64,000 nucleotides of DNA from contig JBGAGQ010000028.1 of assembly GCA_044226625.1 (NCBI GenBank), positions 6,282 to 70,281 on the forward strand, written 5' to 3'. A program made the translations under genes and the position numbers. Origin of the DNA: Thermoanaerobaculia bacterium. GTDB lineage: Bacteria; Acidobacteriota; Thermoanaerobaculia; Multivoradales; UBA5704. The notes under the pieces are model-generated. The model saw only the letters and a program-made list of their open reading frames with translations. It was not told the DNA's origin and searched no databases. This document shows, one piece after another, positions 39,973-47,453 of this stretch (position 1 is the stretch's first letter; every line of letters begins with the position of its first letter).

Positions 39973-41135
39973 ACCGTCGCCTCGCGCAGCAGGACGAGGA
40001 CCGCGGTGTGATTGTAGAAGGCGGGGGCCGCCTCGCCACTCGGTCCGATTTCGCCGAGCGAGAGGAAGCCCGAGAGTGGGGCGTCGCCGAGCGTGCGCTG
40101 GATCGCGGCGACCTCCTCTTCCGCCCGCTCTTTGAGCGCTCCCGCGCGATCGACGCACGAGAACAGGATCGCCGCCTCGGGGGGAGCGCCGCCCACTCGG
40201 CGATCCGCGCCTTCGGTCGGCTCCGGCGCCAGGTCGTTCTCCAAGCCGCCGAACATCCCCATCCGCACCTGATCGCCGGTTTCCAGCCCGCCCCAGAAGG
40301 TCACCGCGCCGGCCGGACGGTCGAACTCGCGCAGGCTTCGGTAGAGATCCTGCCGCCGGTGCGTGGGACCTACGACGATCAGGGGAAACCCCTGCGCCGC
40401 CTCGGGCAGCGGAGCGAGCTCTCCCCGCACCGTAAAGAAGCGACGGTACCAATCGGTCGCCGGCTCGCCTTCGATCTCGTAGACCACGTTCCCCTCGGCG
40501 CGCGTGACCGTATAGATCGGGCTCGCCGGCATGAATCCCCGCAGGACCTCGACCTGCGTTTCGACCCCCGTCAACAAGAGGGCGAGGCTGGTCGAAGCGC
40601 GAATCTCGCGATCGAGAAAGACCCGCGCTCCGCACCCTCGATCCCGCCGGCAGGGGTCCGCGGCCGTGGCCGAGGCGAGCCCCCCGGCGATCGCGCACGC
40701 CGTCGAAGCGAGCCGCCGGCCGACCTCGGTGAGAACCCGCTCCGCGGGAAAATCCAATCCATCGACCAAGAACAGCCCACCGCCCGCCGCGCCGAGTCGT
40801 TCGGCCAGGGCGGCTGTCCCCTCGTCGCCCGGCGGCCGGTCGAAAGAACCTTCGAGGGCGATCACCTCCGACCGGCCGGCTCCGTCGAACCAGAACGCGT
40901 GGACGACCCCTTCCGCCACCGAACGCCCGTCGGCGATCTGTCCCGCCGCCTCGCAGCCGAGCCGCACCGCCCCGGGCCACGCGTCGGCGAGCGTCTCCAC
41001 CTCGCGGCCGAGGTCGACCGAGGCGGGGAGGAACGCCAGCGCCAGATCCGGATCGCGCCCGAAGGAACGGGCCACCGCCCCGAGCTCGCTCGAAGATAGA
41101 CCCGCCGACGTCGACACGATCGTGCGGCTGCGCAT
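39969..41135 (-). CDS. FIST domain sensor protein
   Basis: 388 aa from ATG 41135 (MRSRTIVSTS). FIST_N-like DLALAFLPASV...VRLGCEAAGQI. FIST_C-like GFPLIVVG...VTFWGGLETGDQVRM and LSGFLSLGEIGP...FYNHTAVLVLL. Confidence 0.8.
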   Translation of the reverse strand: MRSRTIVSTSAGLSSSELGAVARSFGRDPDLALAFLPASVDLGREVETLADAWPGAVRLGCEAAGQIADGRSVAEGVVHAFWFDGAGRSEVIALEGSFDRPPGDEGTAALAERLGAAGGGLFLVDGLDFPAERVLTEVGRRLASTACAIAGGLASATAADPCRRDRGCGARVFLDREIRASTSLALLLTGVETQVEVLRGFMPASPIYTVTRAEGNVVYEIEGEPATDWYRRFFTVRGELAPLPEAAQGFPLIVVGPTHRRQDLYRSLREFDRPAGAVTFWGGLETGDQVRMGMFGGLENDLAPEPTEGADRRVGGAPPEAAILFSCVDRAGALKERAEEEVAAIQRTLGDAPLSGFLSLGEIGPSGEAAPAFYNHTAVLVLLREATV

Positions 41136-41338
41136 TGCCTCATCCCGCGGGCCGTCCCGCGGCTTTGGATCGTCACGAAGGCGCCGATGCGCCTTCCAGG
41201 ATTTTGGATCTGGAGAGGATTCTACGACGGCCGCCGGTAGCGGGGATACGTTACCGGGGGAGGCGCTTTGCCCTGGGGGCACCTGGCGAGCGGGCCTTCT
41301 CGCAGTGTTACGCTTTGCGCTGTTTCCGGAAATCTGCG

Positions 41339-41665
41339 ATGAGCTCCGACATCGAAGTCTGGCCGCCGCCGGACGACCCCACGGCGTTCGAGTCCCTCTG
41401 CCTCGACTTCTGGTCGGACCTCTGGGGACCCGAAAGCCACGCGCAGAAGAACGGTCGCTCCGGCCAGCCTCAGGCCGGGGTGGACGTCTACGGGACCGAT
41501 CGAGCCGGCTGGCAGGTCGGTGTCCAATGCAAACAGAAGAGCGGCCTTCTTCGCTCGAAGTTGACGGTGGCGGAGCTGGAGCGAGAGGTCGGAGAGGCGA
41601 GGACGTTCCTCCCCTCGTTGAAGCTTTTCGTCGTCGCGACGACCGGGGTGCGGGACGAGGCGCCA
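41339..41665 (+). pseudogene. 5' fragment of a gene encoding an Mrr-cat-like (PD-(D/E)xK) restriction-endonuclease-fold domain, truncated by an IS66 remnant
   Basis: MSSDIEVWPPPDDPTAFESLCLDFW...AGVDVYGT...WQVGVQCKQKSG...LKLFVVATTG has the FE..C / GxDxxG / QCK / hhhhTT pattern of Mrr-type nuclease domains. After about 41665 the frame reads Arg-rich nonsense through transposase DNA. Confidence 0.5.
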
Positions 41666-41666
41666 G

Positions 41667-42683
41667 AAGTACCGCTGTCGGTGCAACGGCTGCGTCCGGA
41701 CGGCAGAGGGGCCGCTCAAGCTGATCCCCGGCGGCCGGTATTCGGTCGCCTTTGCGGCCCACGTGGCCACCCAGAAGTACGGCTTCCACCTGCCCCTGGA
41801 GCGCCAGGTGGAGTCGATGGAGCACGCGGGTTTGGTCGTTACGTCGCAGACGCTGTGGGATCAGATCGAGGCGGCGGCCCGGGCGCTGGAACCGACGTAC
41901 GAGGCGCTCGAACGCTGGCTGATGGAGCGCGATCTGCTCCACCTGGACGAAACCGGATGGCGCCAGCTGGGCGAGACGGAAAAGCCGCGTTGGACCGCGT
42001 GGTGCCGATGCACCGATCGAGCGATGCGAATTGACATTGCAAGCTCGAAGTCCGAGGAGGTGGGCCGGCGTCTGCTGGGCGGCTATCGAGGCACGGTGGT
42101 GGCGGACGGGTACCAGGTCTACAAAAACCTGGCGCGAGGTCCGAACGGCTTCCCCCTGGCGCACTGCTGGGCTCACGTGCTGCGCAAGTTTCAGGAAATT
42201 GAAGAGAACGAACCGCGCGCTCGGTGGATGCTCGGCAAGATCGGATTGCTGTTTGCGCTCGAACGAGAGATCCAGCTCGAAGCGGCACAGGACGCGGAGC
42301 GCCATCTGGCTCTCCGCCGCGAGCGAGCCGGTCCCTTTGTCGAGGAGATCCGTGCCTGGGCGCTCGCTCAGGGCGGTCTTCGTCGAAGCGAATTCGGCAA
42401 GGCCGTCGCCTACGTGCTTTCCCACTGGGAAGGCTTGGTGCGATTTCTCGATGACGCCGCCGTGCCGCTCGACAACAACCGGGCCGAGCGAGCGCTGCGA
42501 GGCCTGGTCTTGGGTCGAAAGAATCACTACGGCTCGCGCTCGCAGCGGGGCGCCAACGTCTCCGCCCTTTTCTATTCGCTGATCGGGACGGCGAAACTCA
42601 ACGACCTCGACCCGGAAACCTACCTACGCGAAGCCTTGGCCGCCGCCTTGAAGTCTCCCGGCGCGGTTACCCTGCCGTTTTGA
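41667..42683 (+). mobile_element. IS66-family transposase (TnpC) remnant, 5'-truncated, without tnpA/tnpB
   Basis: KYRCRCNGC...LIPGGRYSVAFAAHVATQKYGFHLPLERQ, HLDETGW, ADGYQVY, CWAHVLRKF and PLDNNRAERALR are IS66 TnpC blocks. An in-frame TGA at 41619-41621 and the absence of the N-terminal ~200 aa indicate truncation. Confidence 0.7.
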
Positions 42684-42765
42684 TTTGAGCTACGCCGGAA
42701 GCCGGCTGCGAATCGACGGCCCGGCGGCCGCGGATGTCCGCCGACGGGGCAGGGCGAGGAGGTAC

Positions 42766-42912
42766 GGAGCACCCGTGCGCTGGAGCTTTGCAGCGGTGCA
42801 ATCTGTCAGAGCACTCCTGCGCTGGGATTCTGCACCAGTGCACAGTGGGTTTGCAGCCCGACAAAACTCCAGCGCACCGCTGCAATCTCGCGGAGCACCC
42901 GAGGCCGGGCTC
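42766..42912. repeat. seven tandem degenerate 21-bp units with an invariant GCA and a mostly conserved TGC (core GCA-N4-TGC)
   Basis: Units, from 42766: ggagcacccgtgcgctggagc / tttgcagcggtgcaatctgtc / agagcactcctgcgctgggat / tctgcaccagtgcacagtggg / tttgcagcccgacaaaactcc / agcgcaccgctgcaatctcgc / ggagcacccgaggccgggctc. GCA is at unit positions 4-6 in 7/7 units and TGC at 11-13 in 5/7. Confidence 0.7.
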
Positions 42913-43147
42913 TAGGCCGCGCAGCCCGGACCTACCGCTCCGCTGCACGGTCCGAGCGAAGATGCGCCCCGACCGTGCGAACCAAGGCGCGCCTTCAGAT
43001 CACTGGTCGCGAAAGCCGCCTTCGCGCACCAGAGCGCCGCGCCCGGGATTCCCGGGACCGCCGGCGTCCTCGCCGGCCTCGACGAGGAGCGAACGCCCGA
43101 GCGACGAATCCCCTTTCGGGACGGCGCTCCCTCCCCGCCGCCCCGCC

Positions 43148-44677
43148 CTACTCCCCCCGCACGTGGTTCGAGGCACACCGGTACCCACCCCCGCGGATCA
43201 CGCTCTCGGCAAGCGGCGGCAGCAGCGTCAACCGCGCACCGGCCGCCGCGTAGGCGGCTTTCGCCTCGGCGTCCGCGGTAGACAAACCGCTCGCGAACAT
43301 CTCGGCGCGGAGCGCGCCGTCCCGCGTTTCGAGGACGGCGTTGTTCCAGCCGATCAGAAAGCTCCCTCCCTCCGGTAGCTCGTCCGCCCGAGCGAGCGCC
43401 GAAAACGGTGCGAAGAGCAACGGCAGCCGCCGCACCTCCATCCCCTCTTTCGCCAGCTGGGCGGCGACAGCGTCGAGGAAGGCTCCGAGGCGCGCGGCTG
43501 CTGGCGTCTCGAGACCCGCTCGAAAGACCGCGCGGAGGTCGGCGCCCGGCGCGAACCCATACGTCGTACGGGCCGCGGCCAGGTCCGCCAGGGTGAGCCG
43601 ATCGAGGAGAGCGGAACCCGCCGCGACGTCGGCGACCAGGGCGATCCGCGCCGTTTCGCCTTTCCCAGCACCGGGCAGCAGCGTGACGATCGAATCGAGA
43701 TCGGTTCCCGCGCCGCCGCCGAGGGTGCGGAGCTGCTCGCTCCGCGCGCTCACCTCTCCCGAGTCGGGGAGCGGATGAACGAAGCGCACCGGCCGGCCGT
43801 AGAGGGCGGCGAGCTCGTCGGCCGCTCGACGGGCGGCGGACAGGTAGCGGTCGATCCCCGCCGCGGTTCCGAACGTCTCTACCGGCACCCGCGAGATGCC
43901 GAGGAGGTCGAGGATGCGCGGCTCCAGCGTGTGGATCGAGATCCAGACCGCGTCGGGCGCCACGAGCGCTTGGCCGTTGTGGAACGGCACGGTCGCGACG
44001 GTCCAGATCGGCCGGCCGAAGCGGCGGTCGAGATCGTCCGGCAGGGTCTCGATCAACGCCCGGCCGAGCGTCTGGTCCTCCTCCCGGCCGCGCTGCACGT
44101 TCGGGCGCAAGAGAACCGCGAGGCCGCCATCCGGCCCCGGGCGGTGGGTGAGGCTCAAGGGGTCGCGCGGCCAGGGGGAATAGGGACGGTCGAAGGTGGG
44201 GAGCGCCCGCACCTTCGCGAGGCCGTCGAGCGCCTTTCGAGCCGCCGGATCGGCGAGCACGAGAAGCTCCCGCTCGGGGGCCGCGGCGTGGATCGCCGAG
44301 AGGAACGCTTTCGCCTCTCCGGCGGAAAAGAAGCGCGAAGGGAGCGAATAGAGCGAAGCGGTGATCGGCTTCGTCCAATCGTCGTCGAAGCGGAGGACGC
44401 CCGGGGCCGGCGGATCGAGCCGACGCTCCACGCTCGACCGGGGCGCGAGCTCGGCGGCGACGGCGAGCCGCTCGGTCTCGTCGAACGACAACCCTTCCGC
44501 CGCCACCCGCGCGGCGAGCGCCGATTCGGTGGTTGCGGGAACCGCCGGGACCGCCGGTGCGGCGGAGGCCGGCGGAGGACTTTTGGCCGCAGCGCAGCCG
44601 GTGACCGAGAAGAAGACCGAGCCGGCGACCGCCCAGACGATCGGTCCGCCGAGCGCGGGGAAGGAGCGGCGCTTCAT
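43148..44677 (-). CDS. lipoprotein, possibly of the guanidino-group-modifying enzyme (deiminase/amidinotransferase) superfamily
   Basis: Start MKRRSFPALGG..SVTGCAA (lipobox) at ATG 44677. The C-terminal RGGGYRCASNH resembles the catalytic-Cys motif at the C-terminus of agmatine/arginine deiminase-fold enzymes. The functional call is tentative. Confidence 0.55.
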   Translation of the reverse strand: MKRRSFPALGGPIVWAVAGSVFFSVTGCAAAKSPPPASAAPAVPAVPATTESALAARVAAEGLSFDETERLAVAAELAPRSSVERRLDPPAPGVLRFDDDWTKPITASLYSLPSRFFSAGEAKAFLSAIHAAAPERELLVLADPAARKALDGLAKVRALPTFDRPYSPWPRDPLSLTHRPGPDGGLAVLLRPNVQRGREEDQTLGRALIETLPDDLDRRFGRPIWTVATVPFHNGQALVAPDAVWISIHTLEPRILDLLGISRVPVETFGTAAGIDRYLSAARRAADELAALYGRPVRFVHPLPDSGEVSARSEQLRTLGGGAGTDLDSIVTLLPGAGKGETARIALVADVAAGSALLDRLTLADLAAARTTYGFAPGADLRAVFRAGLETPAAARLGAFLDAVAAQLAKEGMEVRRLPLLFAPFSALARADELPEGGSFLIGWNNAVLETRDGALRAEMFASGLSTADAEAKAAYAAAGARLTLLPPLAESVIRGGGYRCASNHVRGE

Positions 44678-44826
44678 GGGGCGAAGTGTAGCCCGGGCCG
44701 TCGGCCTAGACATTCGATGCCTGGGGGCGTGGAGGTCGAAAGCTCGCTCCGATGGGTCCGCCCTTTGCAGGACCGGGGGGTTGCGTGCCTCCCCGCGGCG
44801 CGTCCGACCCGATCGAAAGGTCCGCG

Positions 44827-45672
44827 ATGAGCCGAAGCCCGGCAAAACTCTGTCTCGCCACTGCACTTCTTGCCTCGCTGTTTTCGGGCTGCGTCTCGCT
44901 GTTTCCCCCCGATCCACACCAGGCGTTCGCAGGGCGCGAGGCCCCAAGTTTCCATACCTACCGCGCGCTGGGACGGAAGATCTTCGCCGCGGAAATCGGG
45001 CCGACGAACGGGCCGCCGGTCCTGATCGTCCACGGCTCGCCGGGCTCCTGGGGCGTTGCCGCGAGCTTGATGACCGATCCGGCGTTGGTCGAGCGCGCGC
45101 ATCTGATCGCGATCGACCGGCCGGGCTTCGGCCGCTCCGGCCGCGGGCGGCTCGAAACGTCGCTGCTGCGCCAGGCGGCGATGCTCAAGGACGTTCTCGA
45201 ACAGGCGGCGCCGGGGCGGAAAGCGGTCGTCGCCGGCCACTCGCTCGGCGGCCCGGTTGCCGCGCGGCTCGCGATGGACGCGCCGAGCAAGGTCCGCGGC
45301 CTGGTCCTGGTCGCGGGCGCGCTCGATCCCGCGCGGGAAAAGACCACCGGCCTGCAGCGATTCGCCCGTCTGCCTCTGATCCGCTCGATCTTGCCGAAAC
45401 GTTTCGTGCTCGCCGACGACGAGATTCGCCCGCTCAAGGGCGAGCTCGAGAAGATGCTCCCGCTGTGGCGGAAAATCCGCGTGCCGGTCGAGGTCATCCA
45501 GGGCGATTCCGACGCTCTGGTGGCGCCGGAAAACGCCGATTTCGCCGCGCGCATGCTCACCGGAACGAACGTACATCTGACGCGCGTGCCGAACCAGGGG
45601 CATGAGATTCCGTTCGATCGGCCGGACCTGATTCGCGACGCGATCGTCCGCATCCTCGACGGGGAGAGTTGA
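44827..45672 (+). CDS. alpha/beta hydrolase lipoprotein (paralogue 1)
   Basis: Lipobox LFSGCV, HGSPGSW oxyanion region, GHSLGG nucleophile elbow, C-terminal GHEIPFDRPD. Confidence 0.85.
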   Translation: MSRSPAKLCLATALLASLFSGCVSLFPPDPHQAFAGREAPSFHTYRALGRKIFAAEIGPTNGPPVLIVHGSPGSWGVAASLMTDPALVERAHLIAIDRPGFGRSGRGRLETSLLRQAAMLKDVLEQAAPGRKAVVAGHSLGGPVAARLAMDAPSKVRGLVLVAGALDPAREKTTGLQRFARLPLIRSILPKRFVLADDEIRPLKGELEKMLPLWRKIRVPVEVIQGDSDALVAPENADFAARMLTGTNVHLTRVPNQGHEIPFDRPDLIRDAIVRILDGES

Positions 45673-45821
45673 GCCGGTCCGAAAACTCGACGGCGGGTTC
45701 GCCGTAGATCCGAGGACGCGGCGACGGGTGGACCCGATCGAGCTGCCGCGCCGAACCGAACACCCTAGCGGATATCGTGGGCCCGCGCCCGGGCCGTCGC
45801 CGGAAACGTCAAGGACGAACG

Positions 45822-46676
45822 ATGAAAAAGCGCTCGAAGAAACTCCTCGTCTTGGCCGGACTCGTCGCCCTAATGGCCGTCGGCCTGCTCCGTTGCGTGT
45901 CCTTCGGCCCGCCGGATACCAGCAAGGCGTTCGCAGGACACATACCGCCGACGTTTCACGACTACACCGTGCTCGGCCGGACGATCCACACCGCGGCGAT
46001 CGGCCCGGTGGACGCGCCTCCCGTGCTCTACGTCCACGGCTCACCCGGCTCCTGGGACGACGCGGTCTATCTCATGACCGACCCGCGGCTCGTCGATCGG
46101 GTCCGCCTGATCGCGGTCGACCGCCCCGGATTCGGCGGCTCGGGCTACGGCCAGCTCGAGACCTCGCTCGAGCGGCAGGCCGCGGCGCTGCGCGGCGTGC
46201 TCGACCAGGCGGTGCCGGGGCGGAAGGCGATCGTCGTCGGCCACTCGCTCGGCGGCCCGGTCGCGGCGCGGTTGGCGATGGACGATCCGGAGTCCGTGGC
46301 CGGGCTGGTTCTGGTCGCCGGCTCGATCGATCCCGCGCTCGAAAAGACCACCTGGTACCAGAAGGCCGCGCGCTGGCCGGTCGTGCGCGCGATCGTCCCG
46401 GACATCCTCGAGCTCGCGAACGACGAAATCCGCCCCTTGAAAGGAGAGCTCGAGAAGATGCTCCCTCTTTGGGCCGGAATTCGGATGCCGGTCGAGGTGG
46501 TCCAGGGGGACGACGACTCCCTCGTCCCGCCCGCCAACGCCGACTTCGCCCAACGGATGCTCACCGGCGCGAAGGTCCACATGATGCGCATCCCGAAGCA
46601 GGGGCACCTGATCCCCTGGGAGCGGCCGGATCTGATCCGCGACGCGATCCTGCGGCTGGTAGACGGGGAGGGGTAG
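45822..46676 (+). CDS. alpha/beta hydrolase lipoprotein (paralogue 2)
   Basis: MKKRSKKLLVLAGLVALMAVGLLRCV, HGSPGSW, GHSLGG, GHLIPWERPD. Collinear with the preceding gene and shares long identical runs (GHSLGGPVAARLAMD, DEIRPLKGELEKMLPLW). Confidence 0.85.
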   Translation: MKKRSKKLLVLAGLVALMAVGLLRCVSFGPPDTSKAFAGHIPPTFHDYTVLGRTIHTAAIGPVDAPPVLYVHGSPGSWDDAVYLMTDPRLVDRVRLIAVDRPGFGGSGYGQLETSLERQAAALRGVLDQAVPGRKAIVVGHSLGGPVAARLAMDDPESVAGLVLVAGSIDPALEKTTWYQKAARWPVVRAIVPDILELANDEIRPLKGELEKMLPLWAGIRMPVEVVQGDDDSLVPPANADFAQRMLTGAKVHMMRIPKQGHLIPWERPDLIRDAILRLVDGEG

Positions 46677-46738
46677 AAAGCTCGCTGCCAGCAGGTTACT
46701 CGCCGCCGATGGCCGGCGCGCCGGGTCGAGGCTTGATT

Positions 46739-46755
46739 GCTATCATTATGATAGC
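46739..46755. promoter_or_regulatory. perfect 17-bp palindrome GCTATCAT-T-ATGATAGC, candidate VapB operator
   Basis: Lies 28 nt upstream of the antitoxin ATG and contains a -10-like TATGAT. RHH antitoxins typically bind palindromes in their own promoter. Confidence 0.45.
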
Positions 46756-46782
46756 CTTTGCTGTCGCAGAGTGGAGGATGCC

Positions 46783-47013
46783 ATGCCAGACGTTTTGGTC
46801 CGAGATCTCGACCCCCAGGTTGTGGAACGGCTCAAAGGTCGAGCCAAGCAGCACGGACGCTCGCTTCAGGGGGAGGTCAAAGCTATCCTAGAATCCGTAT
46901 CACCCATGTCCATGAGCGAGGCCCGAGCGCTGGCCGAACAGTGGCAAGGGCGGTTGGCCGGACAGATCAGGGGGGACAGTAGCGAGCTTCTCCGCGAGGA
47001 CAGGGAGCGGTGA
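46783..47013 (+). CDS. RHH/Arc-type antitoxin (VapB/FitA-like)
   Basis: GGAGGA RBS then ATG 46783. MPDVLVRDLDPQVVERLKGRAKQHGRSLQGEVKAIL is a typical ribbon-helix-helix N-terminus. The stop overlaps the PIN gene start. Confidence 0.75.
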   Translation: MPDVLVRDLDPQVVERLKGRAKQHGRSLQGEVKAILESVSPMSMSEARALAEQWQGRLAGQIRGDSSELLREDRER

Positions 47014-47417
47014 CGCGATTCGTCGTCGATGCGAGCGTCGCGGTCAAGTGGTTTCTTCCTGAGAGTGCGTTGCTCCTCCTGCGGAGCGGATACAACCTTC
47101 TGGCTCCCGATCTCCTCTGGGCCGAGGTCGGCAACATCCTCTGGAAGCGGTGGCGCCGGAACGAGCTGCCCCAAGAGACGGCCTATGCGATTCTCCGAGA
47201 CCTCCGGAGGCTGCCGATCCAAATACGCCCTTGCGACGAGCTCGCCGAGACGGCGTGGAGCATTGCGACCCTCCGGGACAGGTCGTTCTACGACAGCCTG
47301 TACCTCGCACTGGGCGCACAGGAGGAATGCTCTATGGTGACGGCTGACGGCAAGCTATACAACGCGCTGGGAGGTCCAGCGGCCGGACTCCTCTGGGTCG
47401 AAGACATCCCCACCTGA
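47010..47417 (+). CDS. vapC: PIN-domain toxin VapC
   Basis: FVVDASVAVKWF (first acidic residue), LLAPDLLWAEVGNIL, SFYDSLYLALG, VTADGKL. 135 aa. Confidence 0.85.
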   Translation: MTRFVVDASVAVKWFLPESALLLLRSGYNLLAPDLLWAEVGNILWKRWRRNELPQETAYAILRDLRRLPIQIRPCDELAETAWSIATLRDRSFYDSLYLALGAQEECSMVTADGKLYNALGGPAAGLLWVEDIPT

Positions 47418-47453
47418 GATGGCTCGCCGGGCAGCAAGTTCGTGTGGGCGAAC

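Noticed and set aside
41135-42034. 299-aa ORF as an intact gene
   Set aside because: It is chimeric. The first 68 residues are upstream non-coding read-through, residues from MSSDIEV are a nuclease-domain fragment, and everything after about 41665 is IS66 DNA read out of frame.
42766-42912. CRISPR array
   Set aside because: The units are contiguous 21-mers with no spacers and only a degenerate core. No cas genes or leader are present. No other CRISPR-like repeat-spacer structure was seen in the window.
42667-42948. 93-aa minus-strand ORF with Cys every 7 residues as a possible Cys-rich RiPP precursor or metal-binding peptide
   Set aside because: The Cys heptads appear on both strands because the 21-bp DNA repeat has a TGC/GCA core. 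There is no RBS, no adjacent radical-SAM or other maturase, and no transporter. I treat it as a DNA-level repeat.
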